From Felis catus (Eukaryota), in assembly GCF_018350175.1 (NCBI RefSeq), contig NC_058383.1:4588001-4650000 (forward strand): DNA of 62,000 nucleotides. Reading direction: 5' to 3'. Below are positions 13,419 to 25,937 of the stretch, piece by piece. Both the position numbers and the translations under genes were made by a program. Below the pieces are notes generated by a model. It was not told the origin of the DNA. It searched no databases and saw only the letters and a program-made list of their open reading frames with translations. Each line of letters begins with the position of its first letter. Positions within the stretch are counted from its first letter, which is position 1.

Positions 13419-14799
13419 AGACGTTTCCGGCACTTTAAAAAGGTTCCATCCAACATAGGATTTGTGTTGTCTGCTTGGGACAAGCACGTGCACGTCCTAG
13501 GAGAACTAAAGCTGTTTCCAGTATTAAGGTTCCAGGGTCGGCCTTGGGGTGTGAGTTGTCACAGGCAGGGTCCTGTCTAGTGATGACAGTGAAGTGGACA
13601 CAACAGCGAGTCTGGACTCTCCGTTGGGTGGAAGCAGTGGGTCTTACGGCCGTGCAGAATCTGTGATGCTAGTTGTTTCAGGGATCAAAATACTCCGTTC
13701 TGCATAAACTGCCTTGTTCTGTCACACTGACCCAGATGAAACCCTGCATTGTCCAGAAGAACAGACGAGTAGCGTGTTCTTCAAATTATCTTCTGTAGTA
13801 GTTTTTTGACACAGATGGAGAGCAAACAGCCCCGTTTCAGACTGTGGTGGGGGCGGGGAAGGAAGATGGTCAGCGCGCTCTTGGCCTTTTGTCCTGGAGT
13901 CTGAGCGTCTTTTCGCCACTCGGACCTCACGCATCTGCCCTTGCCCTGGGCCATCGTTCTCTTTGGACGTCAGTGACGTCATTTGCTGCCGGCCTGTCTG
14001 CATTCTCAAATTGGACCTACACGGCCCCTCTCTCTACCGTGAGCATGAACGTGAAGTGTGCTGGCCAGAATCCTTCAAGTGACAAGAGCCAGAAATCCAG
14101 CTAGAGCTAGTTTAGGGCCAACCCCAAATCTAGGCCACACCTGGCCTGGTACTCAGGGACAGTCACACCTAAGAATGCAGGCGTCTCCCAGAGTCCCTCT
14201 TGCCCCTTGTCTGTGACTTCCTTCTCTCATACCGACTGCATCCGTGTGGCCAGAGATAGGCATGGCCCACACCTCTCTTGCGAGGTCTGCCGTAGAAAGG
14301 GACCAGGTTCTGTATCGTGGAGCCAGTTTGCACAGTCTTTGGGAGAGATGCAGATTTGGGCCAGCTTAGTTCGCGGTTAGGGCTGAGAGGCTGTGTCGGT
14401 GGTGGGGCGCTCCCAGGAGCTTGGGGTGCCGGAGGGAGAGAGCTAGCCCCAGAGGAAGATGGGCCTCGTGGACAGACATTACAGCTCTCCACTCCAGGAA
14501 GAAAAACATATTCACAGGGTCGTGGTTTCTGGCTTGGGGACCTGTCTTGATGAGAGTGTCTGTGCCTAAAAAGCTGGATGTTTGGTACCAGAAACATCTG
14601 GGAATAGGACCAGTATGAGAGGTCCGAGACAAGATGGCAGCTCCGTGGCCTCAGAGGAGAGACGTGGGCCGTGACGCGAAGCTGTGAGACCCATATTCAG
14701 GGCCCGGGTTTCCTCTGTGCCTCTTAGGGAAATTTGTTCTTTTATAGGAAACCAGTCTTCACCGGGAACTTCTTAGGGTCATCCACAACAAAGATAGTG

Positions 14800-14995
14800 A
14801 CAATAAAAGGTCTAAGCTCCACCTGTTGAGCACTTAACATGTCGCCATTTCATGAGTACCTGTGAGATGGGCATTATTAACCCCTCTCCCATCTTACAGA
14901 TGAACACACACAGGCTGGAGGTATTAAGCAAGCTGCCTGGGATCTTGCATCTGTTAGGTGATGGAGTTGGGATGTGAATGCAGACAGACCTAGAA
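14800..14995 (-). mobile_element. MIR
   Basis: cctgtgagatgggcattattaacccc...cccatcttacagatgaa, the reverse MIR core. Confidence 0.7.
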
Positions 14996-15084
14996 CTGGG
15001 CCCTCAGTGATGGAGCCACACTGTAGTTTTCTCTGGCCAAAACACAGCCCCTGCAGAGAAATTCAGTTGTACCCTCACAGTACA

Positions 15085-15670
15085 GGCTTGCGCTGTCCAA
15101 TATGGTAGCCACCAGCCACGAGTGAATACTGAACCCTGGTGGCTAGTGTGGCTGGAGAACTGAGTTTCTCATTCACACTTAAATTTTAAAAGGGAATCAG
15201 AGGAAAATACTTTCCCATTAAACGCAACTTTATGGGGGCACCTGGGTAGCTTAGTCGGTTAAGCATCGCACTCTTGATTTCATCTCAGGTCATGATCTCA
15301 CGAGTTGTGAGTTTAAGCCCCGCATCTGGCTCTGTGCTGACTGTGGAGCCTGCTTGGGATTCTCTGTCTCCCTCTCTGCCCCTCCACCCCCCTCAAAATA
15401 AATATCAAAATATTAAACACAACTATATTTTTACAGGACTATATTTCATGAGAGTGAAATTGAAAACATAGTGTCTGAGTTGAGATGTACTGTAAGTGGA
15501 AAATACCCACCAGGTTTTGAACATATGGTATGAAAAAGAAGAATGAAAAGTATATCAGCAATTTTAAAATAATTATATATTGAAATGATAATACTCTAGA
15601 TATATTTGGCTAAAAGATCTTATCTAAATTGTCTCCTTTTTTACTTAAATGTGACTACTAGAAAATTTTA
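15085..15670. mobile_element. MER3/MER33-type hAT-Charlie DNA transposon fragments interrupted by a CanSINE (15234-15418)
   Basis: gcgctgtccaatatggtagccacc terminus, ttgagatgtactgtaagtggaaaatac, aatgtgactactagaaaatttt. Confidence 0.65.
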
Positions 15671-15674
15671 TCTA

Positions 15675-18600
15675 AGCCACTTTATTGAGGTGTGATTGAC
15701 CTGCAAAACTGTGTGCTCACAACTCGAGAGGAGTTTAGATAAGTGCACACCCGTGAAACCACCACCACTGACTTAATCCATCACCTCCAAAAGTTTCCTC
15801 CAGCCCCCTTTTTAAATATCTGTATTTTTTTTTCTTTTGTGGTGGGAGCATTTAACGTAAGATATGCCCTCTTAGCAGATTTCTAAGGGTGCAGCGCAAC
15901 GTGGCTCATTGTGACACTGCTGTGCATCTTCAGAACTTACTCCGCTTCCGAAACGAACACTGAACCTCTGACTAGCGCCTCCCCCTTTCCCTGCCCCTCC
16001 CAGTGCTTGGTAACCACCGGTTCTAGGAGTTGACCACTTGAGAATCCTCATAAAAGTGGGGTCACACGGTATTTGTCCTCCCATGGCTGGCATATTTCAC
16101 TCAGCATACGTCAGGTTCACCTGCTTGTCGCAAATGAAGGGGTTTCCTTCTCTCTCCTGGCTGAGTAATGTTCCGTGGTGTGTGCCCACCCCACGATCCG
16201 TTCGCCCACGGCTGGACACTTCGGTTGTTTCCATCTCTTGGCTCCCGTGGATAATGCTGCGAGGAGCACGAGAATGCACATATCCCGTTGAGACCCGCGT
16301 TCAGTAAGATCACGTCGTCTTCGAACAGAGATACGTTTATTTCTTCCTTCCTGATTCCAATGTGTTTTATTTCTTTTTCTCGCCGGATTGCTCTGGCCGG
16401 ACTTCCAGTACTGTGTTGAATAGGAGAGGCAAGAATGGGCCTCCTTGCCTTGTTCCAGATCAAGGAAAGCTTTAGAGGGAAAGCTTTCACCCCTGAGTAT
16501 GATGTTAGCTGTGGGCTTTTCATAAATGGCCTTTATTGTGTTGAGGTAAGTTCCTTCCATTCTTGGTTTGTTGTGAGCTTTTAATCTTTAAAGGGCACTG
16601 AAGTTTGTCAAATTTTTTGTGTGTGTGTGCAGCTGTTGAGCGGATTATGTCATTTTTATCCTTTATTCCGTTAACGTGGTGTCTCGTATGGATTATCATG
16701 TGTTGAACCATCCTTGCATCCCAGGGATAAGTCTTACTTGGTCGTGGTGTCTGATGCTTCTCATGTGCTGTTGGGTTTGATGCGCTAAGACTACCCTGAG
16801 GATTTTTGCACCTGTGTTTACCAGGGATCCTGGCCTTTAGTTTCCTATCTGTGTGGTGTCTTTAGTTTTGGTATCATGGTGATGCTGGTCTTGTAGAATG
16901 AATTTGGAAGTATTCCCTCTTTTTCTGTTTTTTTTGGGGGGGGGAGTATTTAAGAAGGATTGGTAGTAATCTTTAAATTTTTGGTAGAATTTGCCCATAA
17001 AGGTCCTGGGCTTTTCTTTATTTGGAGCTTTTTGGTAACTTCTTCATTCTCTTTGTTAGTGCTGTGCTCAGGCTTTCTATCAATTCAGTATCGGTAGGCT
17101 GTTTTTTTTATATTTTATTGTATTTAAAAAATTTTTTTTTCTTTAACATTTATTTGTTATTGAGAGACAGACACAGAGCGTGGGCAGGGGCGGGGTAGAG
17201 AGAGAGGGAGACACAGAATCTGAAGTAGGCTCCAAGCTCTGAGCTGTCAGCACAGAGCTCCACACGGGGCTCAAACTCAAAAACTGCGAGATCATGACCT
17301 GAGCTGAAGTCAGTCACTTAACCAACGGAGCCACCCAGGCGCCCCATATTTTTTAATTTTTTAAAAGTGTTTTATTTATTCTTGAGAGAGAGAGAGAGGC
17401 AGACACAATCCCAAGCAGGCTCCAGGCTCTGGGCTGTCGGCACAGGGCCCAACATAGGGCTTGAACTCACAAGCTGTGAGATCATGACCTGAGCCAAAGT
17501 CAGACGCCCAACCAACTGAGCCACCCAGGCGCCCCAGGTTTTTTTGTTTTGTTTTTTTTAGAATTGTGTTTTATTCTAGGTTGTCCAACGAGTTGGCATT
17601 GAACTGTCTATAATAGCTATTATCCTTTTTATTTCTGTGGCATCCGCTATAATGTCTCCTCTTGCATTTCTGATTTTATTTATTCTAGTCTTTTTTTTCT
17701 TAGTCTAGCTAAGGGTTTTTCAATTTTATTTCAAAAAACCAGCTCTTAGTTTCATTTTTTCTGTTGTTTTTCTATTCTGTTTCATTTATTTCTGTTCTAA
17801 TTTTTATTATTCCCCTCTGCCAACTTGGGGTTTAGCTTTTCTTTTTCTAGAGGTGCAAAGTTAGGTTGTTTGAGATCTTTCCTTTTTGAATGTAGATGTT
17901 CCTTTCTATAAACGTCCTTCTTAGTGCTGCTGTTGTGGTATCCTGTAAATTTCAATCTGTTGTGTTTTCATCTGTCTTAAGATATTTTATAGTTTCCCTT
18001 TTTGATTTCTGTGACCCAGTAGTGTTTAAGAATGTGTTAATTTCCAATATTTAAAAATTTTCCCCTTTTCTGTTGATTTCTTGTTTCATTTCATTGTGAT
18101 TGGAAAAGATACTTAGAATGATTTCAGTCTTAATGTTAAGACTTGTTTTGTTAGCTAGCCTATGATCCACCCTGGAGAACGTTGTGTGTGCTCTTGACAA
18201 GAATGAGTATTCTGTTGCTAGTGGGTAGAATGTTCTGTAAATACCTTCAAGGCCTATTTGATCTGTAGTGTTGTTCACTTCTGAAGTCTTTGTTTTTACT
18301 GATTTTCTGTCTGGATGACTATTGAGAGTGGGTATATAAGTCTCTTACTGTTATTTCATTGCTGTTTCTCCCTTCTGATTGGTCAATGTGTGCTTTATAT
18401 ATTTAGGTCCTTTTGATGTTGGGTGCATGTGTATTTAAAACTGTTACATCTTGTTGAAGGGACCATTCTGAAGTTACAGAAGGACTTTGTCTCTCATGAC
18501 AGTATGTGATTTAAAGGCTGTTTTGTCTTTTTAAGTATTGCCAGACCAGCTCTCTTCTGATTACCATTGTATGGCATGGGATATCTTTACCTTGTTGCTT

Positions 18601-19110
18601 TCACCTACTGTATGTCCTGAAATCTAAAGTGAATGTCTTGTAGACAGAAGTTGGTTGGGTCTTTTTGTTAGGGAAGTTGAGTTCATTTACATCTAAAGTA
18701 ATTATTGCTAGGTAAAGACTTATATTGCCACTTGGTTAATGGTTTTCTCTTTGGTAGTTTCTTTGTTCCTTTCTCTTACTCTTTTGTCTTTATTGTGGTT
18801 TGAGGATTTCTTATAGTGATAGGTTTTGATTCTTTCCTCTTTATTTTTGTGCGTTATAGATTTTTTTTTTGTCGCTACCATGAGGCTTACATTGAATATT
18901 TTTACAGTTCTAGAAGTCTCTCCTAACCTGATAACTTCAGTCGTATGTGGAAACTCTATACTTTCTCACACACTCATACTTTGATATTTATGTCAGATTT
19001 TATTTCCTTTTATATTGCTTTTCCATTAGTAAATCTGTGATTATAGTTGTACTTTTGCCTTTTAACTTCCATACTTCTGTGAAAAATGATTTACACAGTA
19101 TTACAGTATT
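15675..19110 (-). mobile_element. old L1 (3'UTR, internal deletion near 16300, ORF2 RT-to-EN remnants) with two CanSINEs at 17102-17535
   Basis: ORF-track peptides EGTYLNTIKAIYEKPTANII, ARAIRREKEIKHI..KEEINVSLFEDDVIL and TFSRVDHRLANKTSLN are L1 ORF2 motifs. Confidence 0.9.
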
Positions 19111-19920
19111 CAGTGTAAATTAATTGGTTGTTTTGGTCCTTAGTTCATCCAGAGAGAAGATGAAGGAGAAGGGGAAGGAGAGCCAAGCCCTGTTCTGTAT
19201 TTGTGGAATCCTTTCTGTCCTTTCCTCTTGGTGCTCCCTTAATTTTGACCATGTCTTTGCTTATAATTGTGCCCTCATTTTATTTATTCATTCCCTCCTG
19301 GTGATTTCCCACCTTTTTCTACATCGGTCATCTTTTGTCCCTCCCCTCCCTAAAATACCATCATAGGCATCCCCATTGCCTATAGGAAAAAAAAAAAAAC
19401 ACCTTGCCCTGTGATTTGTGCATTTGTGCACATGTGCTGTCTCTCTCTCTCTCACACATACACACACATCCATGCAGTAGATTCTGTATTGTCGCTCCCA
19501 AGAATTTGCAGTGTCTACCAGATATTTCTGTGACTCCTTGCCCTTGCTAATGCCGTGCCTCTTGGACACATGGTTTATCTTTCAAGATTATTCTCCAGGG
19601 CAGCCTCCAGTGAGGCTTCACTTGACGTCAGGACCTTGAACATGACTGCTGTCTTTGTGTCTGCTCCTTCTGTAATATACTTCCATTGCAGCCTGAGGTG
19701 TGATCACACCACACGGAAGTCTCCTGTCCATCTCGATCCACCAGGGCTCCAGGTGCCTGCTTCCCGCCCCACCCCCCCCGCAGCCCCAGGCGGAATACCG
19801 TCAACATACCAAATAGTCTGTAGATGCTTGCACGCCGGATGAATGGATGAATGACTGAATGCAGATCCAGGAGTGAGATCTTTTCTTAGGATCTTTTCTT
19901 TTCTGTCCCTGGAAATGTAG

Positions 19921-20325
<405 letters not shown>

Positions 20326-20433
20326 TGAAATAATCCATTCTCTGGCTGACATGTAAAAGTGCGTCATGCCCCCTGCTTCCTTGGATGGCCCAGGAGGCTC
20401 AGCCTAAGTCCTGTGACTCGTTCTCACAAACAG

Positions 20434-20529
20434 GCTGTCAGGTCACCAAACCGGCTGTGATCTCCAGGTTGGAGCGAGGCCAAGAACCGTGGATGGAGGA
20501 GGAAGAACTCGTCAGATGGAGCTTTCCAG
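20434..20529 (+). CDS. KRAB-ZNF (ZNF890/ZNF815-like), KRAB-B exon
   Basis: 96-nt exon, aaacag|GC...CCAG|gtgaga, encoding GCQVTKPAVISRLERGQEPWMEEEELVRWSFP; phases match neighbouring exons. Confidence 0.93.
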
Positions 20530-20896
20530 GTGAGAGGGGGGCAACGGACACACACTGGGCTGCAGAGCAAAATCTCCCGTGTTTGTTTCAGACAATTGTT
20601 CTCAAAAGCCTTGGATCTTTGCAAGTAGCTGTGGATATTCGGTCCAAGACCTTGAGATGCCCACATGACTCCTGCTGCCTCCACACATCCCACCGCCCGA
20701 CAGGATTCCTCCTCTTTCCCTGGCCTTTAGAGAGAGGCATATTCTGCTTTCATTCTTTCATTCCACCCTGCCGTCCCCATCTGAGACCTTGCTTGCTCAG
20801 TTTTTCTCTAGAATCTTCAGTCTTAATTAACACTTACCCCATGGTTATGAAACAGGCTTTCTCATGTTTTCAGGGATTTGTAGATTCCCGCTATTA

Positions 20897-22662
20897 AAAT
20901 TTTTTTTTTTATTTTTGAGAGATACAGAGACAGCACGGATGGGGGAGGGGCAGAGAGAGAGAGAGGGATTCATAGAATCCGAAGCAGGCTCCAGGCTCCG
21001 AGCTGTCAGCACAGAGCCCGACGCGGGGCTCAAACTCATGAACTACGAGATCGTGACCTGAGTTGAAGGTGGATGCTTAACTGACTGAGCTGCCCAGGTG
21101 CCCCTCCCCCTATTTTAAAATAACTTATTTTGTGCCCCTCATTTTTGTCTTTTCTTTTACTGTGAAATGCCTCAGAAACTTTCTTGCTCCCTTTTATATG
21201 ACTTTAGATTCCTCTTCTTTCCTAACTACGAAATATGGCCCCCTTTTGCTTAATGGGATATGAATGGCACTCCCCCCACACGCATCCTAGTATAATCCCA
21301 CGGTGGATACTGACTCCCTCTTTCTTTCAGGACAGGGGCCTTTTATCAAGCTTTTGTTCAGGGCACACCAGAAATCAGCTGGGGGCTTGAGAAATACCAC
21401 CTGCCTGGGTCTCAGCCCAGAAAATCCTCATGGGGAAGATTAGTAGGCATTGATTCTGTCCCTTAGGAATTCAGCACTGGGGCTCAAGGAATTTCCACAT
21501 TTCTAAATCAAGAAGCTCTGTGGTTGCACTGGGTGTGGGTTTCATGGAGGTGAAACCACGGATAGTTGGTGATTTAAAATGTAAGGGAACCGGGGCACCT
21601 GGGTGGCTCAGTGGGTTAACTGTCCAACTTTGACTCAGGTCATGATCTCATGGCTCAGGAGTTCAAGCCCCGCATCGGACTCTGTACTGACAGGTTGGAG
21701 CCTGGAACCTGCTTCAGATTCTGTGTCTCCCTCTCTCTCTCTGCCCCTCGCCCCACTTGCACTATCTCTCTCTCAAAAAAAAACATAAAAAAATAAAATG
21801 TAGGGAAGGGGCACCTGGGTGGCTCAAAGAATGGAACTCTTGATATTAGCTCAGGTCTTAATCTCAGGGCCATGAGTTCAAGCCCCACGTTGGGCTCCCC
21901 TCTGGGCCTGAAGCCTGCTTAAAAAGAAAAAAGAAAAAAGAAAAAACCTAAATGAAGACAAAACCAAATGAGGATCTAAGCACAGGATTCAGAACCCAAC
22001 ATTTAAGAATCTCCGAGGAGGGGCCACAGTGATGTGGATACCAACATGCCCAAGGAATGGTGCTGTGGGGAGGCTGGTCTGTGGCCAAGTCCATCAGACA
22101 TCTGGGAAGTATCTCATTTTTTCCTTTCAAAAGCCAATGGATGAGGGTATGTTTATAGATTTATAACTGTGGTGATTGAATCTGGGCACTTAGGTCTGAA
22201 ATTTATTCTTCCTCCTGTTTCTGATATAATTTTATTTTTTTGCTGGGGGGGCCTGGGTGGCTTAGTCTGTTAAGCATCCAGCTTCGGCTCAGGTCCTGAT
22301 CTTGCAGCTTGTGGGTTCAAGCCCCGCAGCAGGCTCTCTCCTGTCAGCCTCGAGCCTGGTTTTGATCTGTTTTCCTCTCTTTTTGCCTCTCCCACAGTTC
22401 TCTCTCTCAGAATAAAATTCAAAGTAAATAACATTAGGGACACCTGGGTGGCTTAGTCGGTTAAGTGTCCAACTTCGGTCAGGTCATGATCGCACAGTTC
22501 ACAGGTTCAAGCCCCATGTCAGTCTCTGTGCTGGCTGCTCAGAGCCCGGAGCCTGCTTCAAATTCTATGTCTTCCTCTCTCCCCACCCCTGCCCACTTGT
22601 ACTCGGGCTCTCAAAAATAAACACTAATAAGATTATTTTTAAAATTTTATTGGGGGGGGTGT

Positions 22663-22697
<35 letters not shown>

Positions 22698-22823
22698 ACG
22701 CGAATCCCAAGCAGAAAAGTGCAGAGCCCGATGCGGAGCTTGAACTCACCAACCCCTGAGATCACAACCTGAGTGGAAACCAAGAACCAGACGCTTTACC
22801 CACTGGGCCACCCAGCTGCTCCC
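20897..22823. mobile_element. CanSINE cluster in the intron before the zinc-finger exon (20897-21105 -, 21592-21946 +, 22246-22625 +, 22640-22823 -)
   Basis: Repeated SINE heads, CT/GA tracts and A tails. Confidence 0.85.
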
Positions 22824-22895
22824 TGATATCATTCCATTCTGTGGCACGATTCTAGACACAAACCCATTCAGGTCATGGTATCTTTTTGCCCCTAG

Positions 22896-23788
22896 AAGCA
22901 ATTTTGCAAGTCGACGGCCACGCAGGCAGACCACGGGAGCACCGAGCCACACTTCTGCGGAGCGGCGCCTTCCTGGACGGCCAGGAACCGACCGAGAGAG
23001 GGCCCCGGGCCTCCATCCGCCAGAAGGCAGACCTTGATCCCTCACAACGGCAGGGATGCGCCTGTGACTCGTGTGGCGCGAGTCTGCCGCGTCACGGAGA
23101 CGGTAGTCCCACCGCCTACCTGGCCCGGAGGCGCTTCGAGTGCGACGGGCAGGGGAACGTGTTCCTCTACTCCAGGCCCGACGGCCCGGCTCCGGGCGCA
23201 CGGCCGCGGCAGTGTGAGCGGTGCGGGTGGCCGGGAGGCCGGGCCCGCCGCGGGGAGCCCTTCCCCGAGGCCGGCCTCTCCAGCCGCCTGGGCTGCCAAG
23301 AGCCGCCCCCGGGGTCCGGCCCATCGCTGCCCACCGCCCTTCTGGCCGGGGGGAAGCCCTACAAGTGCTCCGAGTGCGACAAGACCTTCTCGCACAAGTC
23401 CCGCCTCGTCGAGCACCACCGCTCGCACACGGGCGAGAAGCCGTACGGCTGCGGCCAGTGCGGCAAGGCCTTCTCCCGCAAGTCGTGCCTCCTGATCCAC
23501 CACCGCATCCACACTGGGGAGAAGCCGTTCGGCTGCGGCGAGTGCGGCAAGGCCTTCTTCCAGAAGTCGCACCTCATCCTGCACCGGCGGACCCACACGG
23601 GTGAGAGGCCCTATGAGTGCGGCGAGTGCGGGAAGGCCTTCTCGCAGAACTCCTGCCTCATCATCCACAGGAGGACCCACATGGGCAAGAAGCCGTACGA
23701 GTGCTCCGAGTGCGGCAAGACCTTCTCCCAGAAGGCCAACCTCATCCGCCACCACAGGATCCACACCCGGGAGAAACTGCACGGCTGA
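22896..23788 (+). CDS. KRAB-ZNF (ZNF890/ZNF815-like), spacer plus 5 C2H2 zinc fingers, terminal exon
   Basis: Acceptor tttttgcccctag|AA at 22895/22896, in frame with ORF 22886-23788. Five intact C2H2 fingers with TGEKP-type linkers (23360-23764); stop TGA 23786-23788. Spliced product 374 aa. Confidence 0.93.
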
Positions 23789-24063
23789 CGGGCACAGCCG
23801 CCGTGGGCCTCCCTCCCGCGTCCCCGCACGTCTGGGAACCAAGGACAAACCTCCGCGTGTCCCCCGCGCGCACCACCCTTCAGTGGGAAATCCGGTGCCC
23901 CCCCCCCCCCCGGGAAGAGAGCGCGACCGAGGGGAAGCCCCTCCCTGGACCGTAGCGAGGGGAGGGTGAGGACACTCTAGAGCCACCTGTTTTTACAGGA
24001 GCTGCCTCACGACAGAGGGGATCGCTGTGAATTCACTCTGGTCGTTGAGCTTTCGAGTCTGTA

Positions 24064-24069
24064 AATAAA
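24064..24069 (+). terminator. candidate polyadenylation signal of the KRAB-ZNF gene
   Basis: First AATAAA ~275 nt after the stop codon. Confidence 0.5.
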
Positions 24070-24986
24070 TATAATCATTTAAGACAACAGCTGTGAGCAA
24101 CATGGGAGCAGTCCCTGGGACGGGGGCATTTAGGGGTTATGTTCCCAACGATGCTGCATAGGAGGAATTTTATTTGTCAACCGCAGTGGTAATCCAACAG
24201 AATTGTGAGCCTGGAGGCACAGCCACCAGACTGTAGAGAATGACCTCTATGGAGCCCCCGCACTAAATCCTACCCTTTGGTCGCTGTAGGGTATGTTATA
24301 CCCGGAACGGTACGAACTTATTATTAAACCAGGAGTCCGTGCACCGTACCACTTACCATTTGTCCCTTTGTTTGCTGGCAACTGTTATAGAGCCCCCAAC
24401 CCCGCCACCCTCAGATCTGGAAACTGGCGCTTTTGTGACCTCTTCTCCTAGCTCTCCACCAGTTCCTAAGTAGGTTTCATGTTAAATGTGTCAAGTTAGG
24501 ACTCCCTTTTCTGGCAACATGACAGACTGTGTAAGGTGAAAGCCCTTCCACTGTGAACGGCCAGAAATGATGACCAATGATAGATTACGTGCTTTTACAT
24601 GCATAATTCAGCTGGCGACCAGGGAAGTTTCCAGGCGCCAGCGAGGGATGCCGAGCTGAGAGCCAAAGATTAAGTTCGAGAGCCGACCGTGGGTTTAACT
24701 TGGTTGACCCAGAAGCCTGGGTTGTTGAAGACTGAAGGAGGGTGCGAAGCAAGGCCTCGGGCACATGAGGCAGAGAGCTGGTAATGAAGTAACTCACAAA
24801 TTCAGAAATTTCAGAAGCCTGGACATACAGGGAAGGGGTGGACTGGCAAAGAATCTCATTGGCACAGGGAGCTTGTCCGTATCTCTGTGGGCTCCGATGG
24901 GGGAGGATTTGCCCTGACCAGCATCCCACGTGAGACAGAATTTGCAATTTGCCCTATTCCTGTCCCAGTTCAAAAACCGAACCGTT

Positions 24987-25206
24987 GGGGCGCCTGGGTG
25001 GCGCAGTCGGTTAAGCATCTGACTTCAGCCAGGTCACGATCTCGCGGTCTGGGAGTTCGAGCCCCGCGTCAGGCTCTGGGCTGATGGCTCAGAGCCTGGA
25101 GCCTGTTTCTGATTCTGTGTCTCCCTCTCTCTCTGCCCCTCCCCCGTTCATGCTCTGTCTCTCTCTGTCCCAAAAATAAAATAAAAACGTTGAAAAAAAA
25201 AAAAAA
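24987..25206 (+). mobile_element. young CanSINE with target-site duplication
   Basis: CpG-rich head GGCGCAGTCGG; TSD AAAAAC(C)GAACCGTT at 24972-24986 and ~25203-25216. Confidence 0.92.
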
Positions 25207-25937
25207 ACGAACCGTTAATATAGAAAATTTGTCCTGGCCTTGGAGACAAATCATGGAAGCAAACAAAACACGTTGTGGAGGAAGGCGCCCTCAACCCATG
25301 TTTGCCAGGATTCTGACCTACAAACCCAAGATGAGTTCATAATCCCAAACTACAGAACACAAGGAACCAACCCACAGTGAAAGGCAACAGGCAACTTGAA
25401 CTAAATACGAACGTCCCGGATTTTAAGGGTCATAGAAACCTACAAAACTCCATGAGCTCCATTGTATGGAAACCAATTTGACAAATTATATTTCATATGA
25501 AAAAACACCTGTCTTCACAAGCCATTAAAAACGAAAACACCACATGAAAGCGAGACACAAAGAGCGAGCACTGGCTTCTTTCGAAAGGGACCACCCTGAG
25601 TGTCTAGAGTTGACAGATACAGGCACTGAAACGTGAAGCTACACCAAACTAATGAGCCAACAACCCAGCCGGTGCTAACTCGGCTGCCGAGAAGGCGAGC
25701 AGAAAGTAGAGTGAAGCAGATTCTTAGGATTCAGTCTACAGAGAGGCGGGAAATGTACATGAAAGGGTGAGACATCTGGGTGAAAATAAGAGCAAGTAGG
25801 AGTTCCTAAAAGAGAAAATAGTGGAAGAAAAGGACATTCCAAGAGAAAAGGCGGCTCGGATTTGACAAGACCGGAGATCACCGATTCGGGCAGCACAGTG
25901 GACAGGTAGGAAATTCGCATCTTAGAGCTGGCTAAGC

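Noticed and set aside
23042..23986. 314-aa antisense ORF and other overlapping ORFs across the ZNF finger exon
   Set aside because: Shadow ORFs caused by near-saturated GC3 codon usage.
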